Position numbers and translations under genes: made by a program
The notes under the pieces: generated by a model
The model's input: the letters and a program-made list of their open reading frames with translations, nothing else
What the model was told of the DNA's origin: nothing
Database searches by the model: none
Origin: Escherichia coli
Lineage (GTDB): Bacteria; Pseudomonadota; Gammaproteobacteria; Enterobacterales; Enterobacteriaceae
Length of the DNA stretch: 64,000 nt
NCBI RefSeq assembly: GCF_030013595.1
Contig: NZ_CP122768.1
Reading direction: 5' to 3' (one strand)
Shown: piece by piece, positions 10,428 to 21,797 of the stretch
Layout: each line of letters opens with the position of its first letter
Position numbering within the stretch: position 1 is the first letter of the stretch

Positions 10428-12250
10428 ACAGTCTGATTTCCCTGCGGGTTGATCGGTAAAATAAGGGTGAAGGTTGCGCCGTAGCCCGGCAAACTGGCGA
10501 CGCGAATATCACCCTGATGGGCATTAATGATGCGTTGACTTAACGCCAGACCAAGCCCGGTTCCTGAGGCTTTGGTGGTGAAAAAGGGATCGAAGATCTT
10601 TTTTTGCAGCGAGAGATCAATGCCACAGCCGTTGTCCTCTATCGAAATGGCCTGTTGTGAGTCGCTGTATTGCCAGGTTTGAATGCGAATTTTCCCTCGT
10701 GCGCTGATAGCCTGGACGGCATTGATCAGGATATTCAGTAGTACCTGTTTGAGCAGTTCACGATCGGCGTTAATCGGGTTTAATTCATTATCCAGTTCGC
10801 TTATGAAGTCGACCCGCGCTTGTACGCCGGCGGTTTGTACCAGTACCAGAGTTTCTTCAACCAATGCATTGAGACTGACTTGTTGCCATTGACTGTGGCG
10901 TGGACGTGAAAATTCGAGCAATTGCTGAATAACTTTGTTAATTGAATCGATTTCTTTGAGTACTACGGACAGATATTCCTGATGTATTAGGTCGCTGGTT
11001 TGTTGGCGCAAGATCTGTACATAACCACGAATAGCCGTTAGCGGATTACGTACTTCATGCGCGACGCCAGCCATCAGCTCACCCAGTGTAGCGAGGCGTT
11101 CTGCTTGCGCCATGCGGCGCTGGGTTTCTTTGCGGGCAGTTAAATCAGAGAAAATCACCAAAGCACCTATCATTTCACCATGCGTGTTATGAATACGACT
11201 GGTAGTGACACTGAGTTCAATGGTGCGGTCACGGCCTGGAAAACTGATCTCCAGCGCCACATGTTCGGTGCCATGTTCCAGCGTATCCAGTACGGGACTG
11301 TAGAACTGAGTATTGTCGAATAACATGGAGTAAGGCTGCCCTACCAGTTCATGACGTTGATAGCCAGTGATGACTTCTGCTGCCGGGTTCATGGTGGTTA
11401 CATCACCCTGGCGGTCAATGGCAATGACGCCATCGGCAGCGTTTTCAATAATCAGATCGTTAAGTGTCCGCGTTTCACGCAGTGCCTGGGCGAGGTTGTT
11501 AACACTCTGACTGATTTGCCCCATTTCACCGGGCAATTGTGGTAATCGAGTGGGAATATTTTGCGCCAGAGTCGAGAGGCCATCGGTGATGATATCAATA
11601 TTGGCGCTCAGGCGACGGGAGAAAAGGACAATCAACAGCAGGCTTATCAGCAAACCGGCGGTGAGCACAATGATAATCCTCACATCCATTTTCCAGGCCT
11701 GGCGGCGAATATCTTCGGTTAATTCATTGGCCCAGATATAGCCGAGGATTTCACCATTACGCTCAATGGGGATCATTGAATTCAAAATATCGCCGCGCAC
11801 CTGCCTGCCTGAATAAACCAAAGGGGTATTTGTACGCATGACTTCGCGACCAGGATGATCTGCGGCAATGGTAACGCCGACATTATTTTGATATAGCGCT
11901 GAAGGCGCGTAGGTGATTATCGCATCCAGCGTTTTGTTGTAATAACCAGCGCCGATGCCAGGGAAGGCGTGAGTGATATTTTCGGTAATGGGGGCAAGTT
12001 CTGCATTTAATGCGCGGATACGCTCCTCACGTGGTAAGTCGATGTAGAGATCATAGCGATCGCCTAGTGCCTGATTAAGCAGGTTGACCACGGCAGAAAG
12101 TTTTTTCTCTTTTTCAGATAAGACTGCTGAACGTCCTTCCGTTTCTACGATATAACCAATAGTAAGCGTTGGGACAATGACCATCAGGATTGCCATCAGG
12201 ATCATTTGATTGCGTAAGCGGCGTGGATAAATCCACTTCATATAATGCAT
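10424..12250 (-). CDS. atoS: sensor histidine kinase AtoS
   Basis: Carries HAMP and PAS domains, an H-box (AGVAHEVRNPL) and an HATPase domain. I placed the start at MHYMKWIYP (608 aa) rather than the first Met of the ORF track. It overlaps atoC by 4 nt. Confidence 0.9.
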   Translation of the reverse strand: MHYMKWIYPRRLRNQMILMAILMVIVPTLTIGYIVETEGRSAVLSEKEKKLSAVVNLLNQALGDRYDLYIDLPREERIRALNAELAPITENITHAFPGIGAGYYNKTLDAIITYAPSALYQNNVGVTIAADHPGREVMRTNTPLVYSGRQVRGDILNSMIPIERNGEILGYIWANELTEDIRRQAWKMDVRIIIVLTAGLLISLLLIVLFSRRLSANIDIITDGLSTLAQNIPTRLPQLPGEMGQISQSVNNLAQALRETRTLNDLIIENAADGVIAIDRQGDVTTMNPAAEVITGYQRHELVGQPYSMLFDNTQFYSPVLDTLEHGTEHVALEISFPGRDRTIELSVTTSRIHNTHGEMIGALVIFSDLTARKETQRRMAQAERLATLGELMAGVAHEVRNPLTAIRGYVQILRQQTSDLIHQEYLSVVLKEIDSINKVIQQLLEFSRPRHSQWQQVSLNALVEETLVLVQTAGVQARVDFISELDNELNPINADRELLKQVLLNILINAVQAISARGKIRIQTWQYSDSQQAISIEDNGCGIDLSLQKKIFDPFFTTKASGTGLGLALSQRIINAHQGDIRVASLPGYGATFTLILPINPQGNQTV

Positions 12251-12416
12251 GCTGAAATCCACTAGTCTTGTCCGGTATATGACGATTATCAGAGGTTAAG
12301 GTGATGATTTCTCGGCGGTGTATCATATTCCAGAGAAGAGAGAACATTGCGGTAACACGCTTTTACCGCTACCTTAACCACACTCCATCGGTCACCTGAG
12401 GCGGAGCTTCGCCCCT

Positions 12417-15266
12417 TTGAAATACCTTGCTTCTTTTCGTACAACCCTGAAAGCCTCGCGCTACATGTTCAGAGCATTGGCGTTAGTGCTCTGGCTGTTG
12501 ATTGCTTTTTCATCCGTTTTTTACATCGTTAATGCGTTACATCAGCGAGAATCGGAAATTCGTCAGGAATTTAATCTGAGTTCCGATCAGGCTCAGCGCT
12601 TTATTCAACGTACCTCTGATGTGATGAAAGAGCTGAAGTACATCGCTGAAAATCGCTTATCGGCAGAAAACGGTGTGCTTTCCCCGCGTGGACGAGAAAC
12701 GCAGGCGGATGTGCCTGCGTTTGAACCGCTGTTTGCCGACTCCGATTGTTCCGCAATGAGTAACACCTGGCGAGGCTCTCTGGAGTCATTGGCGTGGTTT
12801 ATGCGCTACTGGCGCGATAATTTTTCTGCGGCTTACGATCTCAACCGGGTATTTTTAATCGGCAGCGATAACCTCTGCATGGCCAATTTCGGTCTGCGTG
12901 ATATGCCAGTGGAACGCGATACCGCGTTGAAAGCGTTGCATGAACGCATCAATAAATATCGAAATGCACCACAAGATGATAGCGGCAGTAACCTCTACTG
13001 GATCAGCGAAGGTCCGCGCCCTGGCGTCGGGTATTTTTACGCGTTGACGCCAGTTTATCTGGCGAACCGGTTGCAGGCGCTTTTGGGTGTCGAGCAGACC
13101 ATCCGGATGGAGAACTTTTTCTTACCTGGTACGTTGCCGATGGGGGTTACCATTCTTGATGAAAATGGTCATACCCTGATTTCGCTTACCGGACCAGAAA
13201 GCAAAATTAAGGGCGATCCTCGCTGGATGCAGGAACGCTCCTGGTTTGGCTATACGGAAGGGTTCCGGGAGCTGGTGCTGAAGAAAAATCTGCCACCCTC
13301 ATCGCTAAGCATCGTGTATTCGGTGCCGGTTGATAAGGTGCTGGAACGCATTCGCATGTTGATCCTTAACGCAATTTTGCTGAATGTGCTTGCCGGAGCT
13401 GCATTGTTTACTCTCGCGCGGATGTACGAGCGACGTATTTTCATTCCGGCGGAAAGCGACGCCCTGCGACTGGAAGAACATGAGCAGTTTAATCGCAAGA
13501 TTGTCGCCTCCGCGCCAGTGGGTATCTGCATTTTGCGTACCGCTGATGGCGTCAATATTTTAAGTAACGAACTGGCGCATACCTATCTCAATATGCTTAC
13601 GCATGAGGATCGCCAACGACTGACGCAAATTATCTGTGGGCAGCAGGTCAATTTTGTTGATGTCCTGACCAGCAACAATACCAATCTGCAAATCAGCTTC
13701 GTCCATTCGCGCTATCGTAATGAAAACGTGGCCATTTGTGTGCTGGTGGATGTTTCTTCGCGCGTGAAGATGGAAGAGTCGTTGCAGGAGATGGCACAAG
13801 CAGCGGAACAGGCGAGCCAGTCAAAATCGATGTTCCTTGCCACCGTCAGTCATGAGCTGCGAACGCCGCTGTATGGCATTATCGGTAACCTGGATCTGTT
13901 GCAAACCAAAGAGTTACCGAAAGGCGTCGATCGTCTGGTGACGGCAATGAACAACTCTTCCAGCCTGTTGTTGAAAATTATCAGCGATATTCTCGATTTC
14001 TCGAAAATTGAATCAGAACAGTTGAAGATCGAACTGCGTGAGTTTTCACCGCGTGAAGTGATGAACCATATCACCGCCAACTATTTACCGCTGGTGGTAC
14101 GCAAGCAGCTAGGCTTGTACTGCTTTATTGAACCGGATGTGCCAGTGGCCTTAAATGGCGACCCGATGCGTTTACAGCAGGTCATCTCCAACCTGTTGAG
14201 TAACGCCATAAAATTCACCGATACCGGCTGTATAGTTTTGCATGTTCGCGCTGATGGCGATTATCTCTCTATCCGCGTTCGCGATACCGGCGTGGGGATT
14301 CCGGCGAAAGAAGTGGTGCGCTTGTTTGATCCCTTCTTCCAGGTCGGAACGGGCGTACAGCGTAACTTCCAGGGGACCGGTCTGGGGCTGGCGATTTGTG
14401 AAAAACTGATCAGCATGATGGACGGCGACATCTCGGTAGATTCAGAACCGGGAATGGGCAGCCAGTTTACCGTGCGTATTCCGTTGTACGGCGCTCAGTA
14501 CCCGCAGAAAAAAGGCGTGGAAGGGTTGAGTGGTAAACGCTGCTGGCTGGCGGTCCGCAATGCGTCGCTCTGTCAGTTCCTGGAAACCAGTTTGCAGCGC
14601 AGCGGCATCGTCGTTACAACATACGAAGGGCAGGAACCGACTCCCGAAGATGTGTTAATCACTGACGAGGTAGTGAGTAAAAAATGGCAGGGCAGAGCGG
14701 TAGTGACCTTCTGTCGTCGCCATATTGGTATTCCGCTGGAGAAAGCGCCAGGGGAGTGGGTACACAGTGTGGCTGCCCCGCATGAGCTACCGGCATTGTT
14801 GGCGCGTATTTATTTGATCGAGATGGAGAGCGACGATCCTGCTAACGCTCTGCCGTTAACGGACAAAGCGGTCAGCGATAATGACGATATGATGATTCTG
14901 GTCGTGGATGATCATCCGATTAACCGACGTCTGCTGGCAGATCAGTTGGGATCGTTGGGTTATCAATGTAAAACCGCGAATGATGGCGTCGATGCGCTTA
15001 ATGTACTTAGCAAGAATCATATTGATATCGTGCTTAGCGACGTCAACATGCCAAATATGGATGGTTACCGCTTGACGCAACGCATTCGTCAGTTGGGACT
15101 GACGTTGCCGGTAATCGGAGTAACTGCTAATGCGTTGGCTGAAGAGAAGCAGCGGTGTCTGGAGTCCGGTATGGACAGCTGCCTGTCGAAGCCGGTAACG
15201 CTGGATGTGATAAAACAGACGCTAACGGTATATGCCGAGAGGGTCAGGAAATCGCGGGATTCGTAG
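12417..15266 (+). CDS. rcsC: hybrid sensor kinase RcsC
   Basis: 949 aa with an H-box (VSHELRTPL), an HATPase domain and a C-terminal receiver (VVDDHPINRRLL...D). It converges on rcsB. Confidence 0.95.
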   Translation: MKYLASFRTTLKASRYMFRALALVLWLLIAFSSVFYIVNALHQRESEIRQEFNLSSDQAQRFIQRTSDVMKELKYIAENRLSAENGVLSPRGRETQADVPAFEPLFADSDCSAMSNTWRGSLESLAWFMRYWRDNFSAAYDLNRVFLIGSDNLCMANFGLRDMPVERDTALKALHERINKYRNAPQDDSGSNLYWISEGPRPGVGYFYALTPVYLANRLQALLGVEQTIRMENFFLPGTLPMGVTILDENGHTLISLTGPESKIKGDPRWMQERSWFGYTEGFRELVLKKNLPPSSLSIVYSVPVDKVLERIRMLILNAILLNVLAGAALFTLARMYERRIFIPAESDALRLEEHEQFNRKIVASAPVGICILRTADGVNILSNELAHTYLNMLTHEDRQRLTQIICGQQVNFVDVLTSNNTNLQISFVHSRYRNENVAICVLVDVSSRVKMEESLQEMAQAAEQASQSKSMFLATVSHELRTPLYGIIGNLDLLQTKELPKGVDRLVTAMNNSSSLLLKIISDILDFSKIESEQLKIELREFSPREVMNHITANYLPLVVRKQLGLYCFIEPDVPVALNGDPMRLQQVISNLLSNAIKFTDTGCIVLHVRADGDYLSIRVRDTGVGIPAKEVVRLFDPFFQVGTGVQRNFQGTGLGLAICEKLISMMDGDISVDSEPGMGSQFTVRIPLYGAQYPQKKGVEGLSGKRCWLAVRNASLCQFLETSLQRSGIVVTTYEGQEPTPEDVLITDEVVSKKWQGRAVVTFCRRHIGIPLEKAPGEWVHSVAAPHELPALLARIYLIEMESDDPANALPLTDKAVSDNDDMMILVVDDHPINRRLLADQLGSLGYQCKTANDGVDALNVLSKNHIDIVLSDVNMPNMDGYRLTQRIRQLGLTLPVIGVTANALAEEKQRCLESGMDSCLSKPVTLDVIKQTLTVYAERVRKSRDS

Positions 15267-15346
15267 GACGGATAAGGCGTTTACGCCGCATCTGGCATTC
15301 AGTGCAAATGCCAGATGCGACGCTGACGCGTCTTATCTGGCCTACA
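15266..15346. repeat. REP/BIME element pair
   Basis: Two inverted REP-type palindromic units (GACGGATAAGGCGTTTACGCCGCATCTGGCA ... TGCCAGATGCGACGCTGACGCGTCTTATCTGGCCTAC) lie in the rcsC/rcsB convergent gap. Confidence 0.6.
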
Positions 15347-15351
15347 GATGA

Positions 15352-16002
15352 TTAGTCTTTATCTGCCGGACTTAAGGTCACAGAAGAGAGATAATTCAGC
15401 AGGGCGATATCGTTCTCGACACCCAGCTTCATCATCGCAGATTTCTTCTGGCTACTGATGGTTTTAATACTGCGGTTCAGCTTTTTAGCGATCTCGGTCA
15501 CCAGGAAGCCTTCCGCAAACAGGCGCAGAACTTCACTCTCTTTTGGCGAGAGACGCTTGTCACCGTAACCACCAGCACTGATTTTTTCCAACAGGCGAGA
15601 AACGCTTTCCGGGGTAAATTTCTTCCCTTTCTGCAGCGCGGCGAGAGCTTTCGGCAGATCGGTCGGTGCACCTTGTTTCAGCACGATCCCTTCGATATCC
15701 AGATCCAATACCGCACTAAGAATCGCCGGGTTGTTGTTCATGGTCAGAACGATGATCGACAGGCTTGGGAAATGGCGCTTGATGTACTTGATTAAGGTAA
15801 TGCCATCGCCGTACTTATCGCCAGGCATGGAGAGATCGGTAATCAACACATGCGCATCCAGTTTCGGCAGGTTGTTGATCAGTGCTGTAGAGTCTTCAAA
15901 TTCGCCGACAACATTCACCCACTCAATTTGCTCAAGTGATTTGCGAATACCGAACAAGACTATCGGATGGTCATCGGCAATAATTACGTTCATATTGTTC
16001 AT
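15352..16002 (-). CDS. rcsB: response regulator RcsB (LuxR/FixJ-type)
   Basis: 216 aa counted from MNNMNVIIADDHP, which is an internal Met of the 231-aa ORF-track entry. It has a receiver domain plus a LuxR HTH. Confidence 0.95.
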   Translation of the reverse strand: MNNMNVIIADDHPIVLFGIRKSLEQIEWVNVVGEFEDSTALINNLPKLDAHVLITDLSMPGDKYGDGITLIKYIKRHFPSLSIIVLTMNNNPAILSAVLDLDIEGIVLKQGAPTDLPKALAALQKGKKFTPESVSRLLEKISAGGYGDKRLSPKESEVLRLFAEGFLVTEIAKKLNRSIKTISSQKKSAMMKLGVENDIALLNYLSSVTLSPADKD

Positions 16003-16018
16003 GTAATAGGCTACCTTG

Positions 16019-18691
16019 CTACAGCAAGCTCTTGACATAACTGTCAATGTCGCTGATGTATTTTTCTATTCCTGGAACATCCTTTTCACGAATCAGATGT
16101 TCCAGCGTTTCACATAACTGCTTGCCGGGTACCAGATTTAGCATGGCAAACACGCCTTTAAGACGATGAGCCGTTTGGGCTAACGCAGCAAAGTCACTGG
16201 TTGCTGCTTCAGTATACAGCCTCTTAACATCATCCGGTACTGTGTCTACAAAGAGCGCATAATAGCCGCTGGCATGGAGTTGCGCATTTTCATCTCCGCC
16301 CAGAGGCGATTCTGTCACCTCTTCCTGCGCCAGTTGCACTTCAATTAATTGTAAGACCGCTTCCTGCATAGCGTTGCTCATATTGAAGTTGACGCACAAT
16401 TGACCAGGCCCAATTTCCCGTACGCCAGACTCATCATCGCTTAAAAGCAAGCCAGAGGCAGTAAGATTAGACGGATTATCCGTTAAAAAGATATCATAAT
16501 CTTGACTAATTAATCTTTCATCGGGTGTGATACAGGTTGCACCCCAATTTTCTAACTGGCGAGTGACAATATTCCGAATTTCTGCCGAAGTAACATCCAC
16601 CATTACGCAGACATCATCCAGTAATCGCTCTTCTTCCTCTTCAACTTCCGGGTCAGCTGCGAGCATTTTGATATGCACAGAGTAGCGTGTACCAAGCCCA
16701 TCCCGCGTTTTGATGTTTAAATGACCGCCCAGTTTACGCGCCAGTTGATCGCTCAGCCAGAATGCCAGCGGGTCCGCCTTGCCATAGCGATCGTTTTGGG
16801 TCTGGTTGATAAACGGGAAGTGCAAATTATCCATTTCATGAATGCTTACGCCTTCTCCGGTGTCCAGAATGCGGAACGTCAGGCGGTCTTCGGAGGACTC
16901 ATCCTGATCAACCTCAAGGGTGATTTTTCCCAATTGCGTTGAGGTCACGGCATATTGCATCAGTAGCAGCAAAATACGTCGTAAGGCATCGCGATCGCCG
17001 CGGCGCATATCGTGTGCTTTCAGATGATTGTTAATCAGCAGTTGCAGACCTTTACGCTTGATGGCAGGCAACACTGAAGGCACAACTTCATCAATCAAAT
17101 CCTGCACGGAGAACAGCACCGTCTCACTTTTCCAGCTATCGTCCGCAAGCATGTTCGCTAACTGTATTTCATCGACCAGCCGCACCAGCACATCAGCCTG
17201 ATTCGCCAGTTGTTTGCTTTCCGGGGCGTTGAGTTTAGCCGCGCTCTCCGCCAGGGACTGTGCGGGTTCTTTCAGCGCATCGCCAATGTTTTTCATAAAG
17301 GTCATCCGCCCCTGCTGGTTTTTCTCATACAGACGCTGCGCCTGCTTGAGTTTCTTGTTTACCAGCACTTCGCGATCCTGATCGCGAATAATGAAAATTT
17401 GTGTGCGCGGCGCGACCTGGCTGCGGAACATGCGGATCTCATACAGCTCGTTATTGATCGTCGCCTGAATAATCCCCTGATGCTGTTCCGCCATGGTGGT
17501 GATGTTTTGCAGATTCAAATGCGGCAGCAAATGATCGGCAATTTTGTTACTTATGACAGTGCGGTTCGATTCCTGATCGTGAACCAGCAGGCCGAGCGGC
17601 AGCAGTGAGACTATCTCTTCATTGATTGCCCGTAAAATGCGCAATTCGTTATTGACCGCCGTGTTGGGTAGACTTTCTGTACTGCGACTGGAGAAATGGC
17701 GGAATGTGGTATAGCCAAATAACGCCAGCGCCAGCAAACCGATGTTCAGCAGCAGTGGCAGCAGAATGTTTTGCAACGTATCTAGCAATAAGGTGCCATA
17801 AGGAACCTGCCAGACCAGGCGCATATCGGTAGAGTTGAGTGCCGAGGAGATTTCAATCTTCGTACTGTTAAAGTGGATACTGACGCTATCCGTCCCTTCT
17901 TTCTCATTATCATTGTTTCCCGTTGCCGTCGCGTCTGGCTCAAGGCGGAAACTGTCCAGCGGCATACCCGGTGGGATCAAATCATTAATCGGCAGATCAA
18001 AAGCCACGACCGTTGCCAGATGTCCTGGCTGGTTAAAGGTAGTACGCAAGGTAAAGTAATGACCGTTCTGCCAGGCCAGGCGGCGCATGTTAGAAAAGCT
18101 TTCGCGTTCATCGAGGGCGTTGGCCTGTTGCAACATCTCTGCACGACGTGAATCAACAATGTCGCTGACGGTCGATTCTTTAAATCCGGAGGTGAGATCT
18201 TTGAGGGGCAGGGTTGAGATCAGCACCAGACTGTTATCCTGACCATTCAGGTAATACATCGACCATGGTACATTTTCTGCGCCCCACAACGTGTCAAGAT
18301 AAGTGGACATCCGTTGAGTCATCTCAAGCGTTGAGTTGTCGTGAGAGCCAAAGATTAACGCTTCCGTTTTGCGACGAGGTTTTTCCAGATAGTAGACATC
18401 CTGTTTCAGGCGCGTCTCTTGTAAACCTTCGCCGGAGGAGGGGGAGGTCGTCGCGGCAATGTTGTCGTAGATCTGCCAGGTCACGTAACGCCAGGTATCG
18501 ACGCGCTTTTGGATAGCGTGGGTAATGTCGACAATCTGGTAACTTTTATCTTTCAGCCAGGCGTTAACGGCGCTTTGTACCATTACCCCCATCGTCACCA
18601 GTAACACAATGATCAACAGTAAAAAGAAGCGGGTAATGCTCCCCGGTAGGAGTGAAAAGCGGGTCGTGGCCGTTGTCTCTTTCTGACGCAT
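16019..18691 (-). CDS. rcsD: phosphotransfer intermediate RcsD
   Basis: 890 aa, membrane-anchored, with a degenerate kinase core and a C-terminal HPt domain (AHRLKG). It lies 16 nt upstream of rcsB. Confidence 0.95.
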   Translation of the reverse strand: MRQKETTATTRFSLLPGSITRFFLLLIIVLLVTMGVMVQSAVNAWLKDKSYQIVDITHAIQKRVDTWRYVTWQIYDNIAATTSPSSGEGLQETRLKQDVYYLEKPRRKTEALIFGSHDNSTLEMTQRMSTYLDTLWGAENVPWSMYYLNGQDNSLVLISTLPLKDLTSGFKESTVSDIVDSRRAEMLQQANALDERESFSNMRRLAWQNGHYFTLRTTFNQPGHLATVVAFDLPINDLIPPGMPLDSFRLEPDATATGNNDNEKEGTDSVSIHFNSTKIEISSALNSTDMRLVWQVPYGTLLLDTLQNILLPLLLNIGLLALALFGYTTFRHFSSRSTESLPNTAVNNELRILRAINEEIVSLLPLGLLVHDQESNRTVISNKIADHLLPHLNLQNITTMAEQHQGIIQATINNELYEIRMFRSQVAPRTQIFIIRDQDREVLVNKKLKQAQRLYEKNQQGRMTFMKNIGDALKEPAQSLAESAAKLNAPESKQLANQADVLVRLVDEIQLANMLADDSWKSETVLFSVQDLIDEVVPSVLPAIKRKGLQLLINNHLKAHDMRRGDRDALRRILLLLMQYAVTSTQLGKITLEVDQDESSEDRLTFRILDTGEGVSIHEMDNLHFPFINQTQNDRYGKADPLAFWLSDQLARKLGGHLNIKTRDGLGTRYSVHIKMLAADPEVEEEEERLLDDVCVMVDVTSAEIRNIVTRQLENWGATCITPDERLISQDYDIFLTDNPSNLTASGLLLSDDESGVREIGPGQLCVNFNMSNAMQEAVLQLIEVQLAQEEVTESPLGGDENAQLHASGYYALFVDTVPDDVKRLYTEAATSDFAALAQTAHRLKGVFAMLNLVPGKQLCETLEHLIREKDVPGIEKYISDIDSYVKSLL

Positions 18692-19002
18692 TCGTGTTTA
18701 TGACCTGTTAAAACTTCGCGAAGTGATAGGGCAGTATAAAGGGTACAGTGTGAAATTCCAGACTCTTACCTGATTGATGATTCTCTATTCTCCCGTGATA
18801 TTTATCATCCTGCATTGGGGAAAATAGATGTACAAGCGCCATTTTGCTGTACAAATAACCTACAAAAAGCCCAACGAAATTAATTGCAAATAAACGAAGA
18901 TTGCTGGAAATTATGCTGATGTTAATTGTTTGTGAAATAGTTAACAAGCGTTATAGTTTTTCTGTGGTAGCACAGAATAATGAAAAGTGTGTAAAGAAGG
19001 GT

Positions 19003-19095
19003 AAAAAAAACCGGATGCGAAGCATCCGGTTGAAATAGGGGTAAACAGACATTCAGAAATGAATGACGGTAATAAATAAAGTTAATGATGATAGC
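19003..19095 (-). ncRNA. micF: MicF antisense sRNA
   Basis: The minus strand reads GCTATCATCATTAACTTTATTTATTACCGTCATTCATTTCTGAATGTCTGTTTACCCCTATTTCAACCGGATGC..CCGGTTTTTTTT. This is the known micF sequence, ending in a terminator hairpin. It is divergent from ompC. Confidence 0.9.
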
Positions 19096-19250
19096 GGGAG
19101 TTATTCTAGTTGCGAGTGAAGGTTTTGTTTTGACATTCAGTGCTGTCAAATACTTAAGAATAAGTTATTGATTTTAACCTTGAATTATTATTGCTTGATG
19201 TTAGGTGCTTATTTCGCCATTCCGCAACAATCTTAAAAAGTTCCCTTCTA

Positions 19251-19310
19251 TTTACATTTTGAAACATCTATAGCGATAAATGAAACATCTTAAAAGTTTT
19301 AGTATCATAT
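19251..19310 (+). promoter_or_regulatory. OmpR-binding boxes of the ompC promoter
   Basis: Repeated TTTACATTTTGAAACATCTA / TGAAACATCTTAAAAGTTTT motifs match the known ompC C-box architecture. They sit about 120-180 nt upstream of the ompC start. Confidence 0.65.
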
Positions 19311-19414
19311 TCGTGTTGGATTATTCTGCATTTTTGGGGAGAATGGACTTGCCGACTGATTAATGAGGGTTAATCAGTATGCAGTGGCATAAAAAAGCAA
19401 ATAAAGGCATATAA

Positions 19415-20557
<1,143 letters not shown>

Positions 20558-20575
20558 TCTCGATGGATATCGAAC

Positions 20576-20598
20576 AAAGGGCCTGCGGGCCCTTTTTT
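20576..20598 (+). terminator. rho-independent terminator of ompC
   Basis: A GGGCC-tgcg-GGCCC hairpin followed by TTTTTT, 20 nt after the ompC stop. Confidence 0.8.
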
Positions 20599-20668
20599 CA
20601 TTGTTTTCAGCGTACAAACACAGTTTTTTGGTGTACTCTTGCGACCGTTCGCATGAGGATAATCACGT

Positions 20669-21724
20669 ATGGAAATAAGCTTTACCCGCGTGGCACTGCT
20701 GGCTGCCGCGCTCTTCTTTGTTGGTTGCGATCAAAAACCACAACCCGCCAAAACCCACGCTACTGAAGTTACCGTCCTTGAAGGCAAAACTATGGGTACC
20801 TTCTGGCGTGCCAGCATTCCGGGCATTGACGCCAAACGCAGTGCCGAACTTAAAGAAAAGATTCAAACCCAGCTGGACGCCGACGATCAGCTGCTTTCGA
20901 CCTATAAAAAAGATTCCGCGCTGATGCGATTTAACGACTCGCAAAGTTTATCGCCGTGGCCGGTAAGTGAAGCGATGGCCGATATCGTCACTACCTCGCT
21001 ACGCATTGGCGCGAAGACCGATGGCGCGATGGATATAACCGTCGGGCCGCTGGTGAATCTGTGGGGTTTCGGTCCGGAACAACAGCCGGTTCAAATTCCG
21101 AGCCAGGAACAGATCGATGCGATGAAAGCCAAAACCGGCTTACAGCACCTGACGGTGATTAATCAGTCCCACCAGCAATATCTGCAAAAAGACCTGCCGG
21201 ATTTATATGTCGATCTCTCTACCGTCGGTGAAGGTTATGCGGCGGATCACCTGGCACGCTTGATGGAGCAGGAAGGGATTTCCCGCTATCTGGTGTCGGT
21301 GGGCGGCGCGCTGAACAGCCGTGGTATGAACGGTGCAGGCCAGCCGTGGCGGGTAGCGATTCAAAAACCAACCGCTCAGGAAAATGCGGTTCAGGCGGTG
21401 GTGGATATCAACGGTCATGGCATTAGCACCTCTGGCAGCTACCGTAACTATTACGAACTGGACGGCAAACGTCTTTCCCATGTTATCGATCCGCAAACCG
21501 GGCGTCCCATCGAACACAATCTGGTATCCGTGACGGTGATTGCTCCGACGGCGCTGGAAGCCGATGCCTGGGATACTGGCTTGATGGTACTCGGGCCGGA
21601 GAAAGCCAAAGAGGTTGTTCGCCGGGAAGGGCTGGCGGTTTATATGATCACCAAAGAAGACGATAGCTTTAAAACCTGGATGTCACCACAGTTTAAAAGC
21701 TTCCTTGTCAGCGAAAAAAATTAA
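20669..21724 (+). CDS. apbE: FAD:protein FMN transferase (lipoprotein ApbE)
   Basis: 351 aa with a lipobox (LFFVGC). Recognised as ApbE from sequence; its position between ompC and ada supports the call. Confidence 0.9.
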   Translation: MEISFTRVALLAAALFFVGCDQKPQPAKTHATEVTVLEGKTMGTFWRASIPGIDAKRSAELKEKIQTQLDADDQLLSTYKKDSALMRFNDSQSLSPWPVSEAMADIVTTSLRIGAKTDGAMDITVGPLVNLWGFGPEQQPVQIPSQEQIDAMKAKTGLQHLTVINQSHQQYLQKDLPDLYVDLSTVGEGYAADHLARLMEQEGISRYLVSVGGALNSRGMNGAGQPWRVAIQKPTAQENAVQAVVDINGHGISTSGSYRNYYELDGKRLSHVIDPQTGRPIEHNLVSVTVIAPTALEADAWDTGLMVLGPEKAKEVVRREGLAVYMITKEDDSFKTWMSPQFKSFLVSEKN

Positions 21725-21730
21725 AGCGCA
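21715..21730 (+). promoter_or_regulatory. Ada box of the ada-alkB promoter
   Basis: AAAAATTAAAGCGCA (the AAAGCGCA core) lies about 70 nt upstream of the ada start, as in the described methyl-Ada binding site. Confidence 0.6.
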
Positions 21731-21797
21731 AGATTGTTGGTTTTTGCGTGATGGTGACCGGGCAGACTAAAGGCTATCCTTAACCAAGGAGCTGATT

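Noticed and set aside
12251-12262. Upstream Met (MDFSM...) as the atoS start, and similar N-terminal extensions for rcsB, napB, ccmC, narP, rplY and rsuA in the ORF track
   Set aside because: The known protein N-termini begin at internal Met codons ([54 protein letters not shown]). The extensions result from ORF calling from the first in-frame start.
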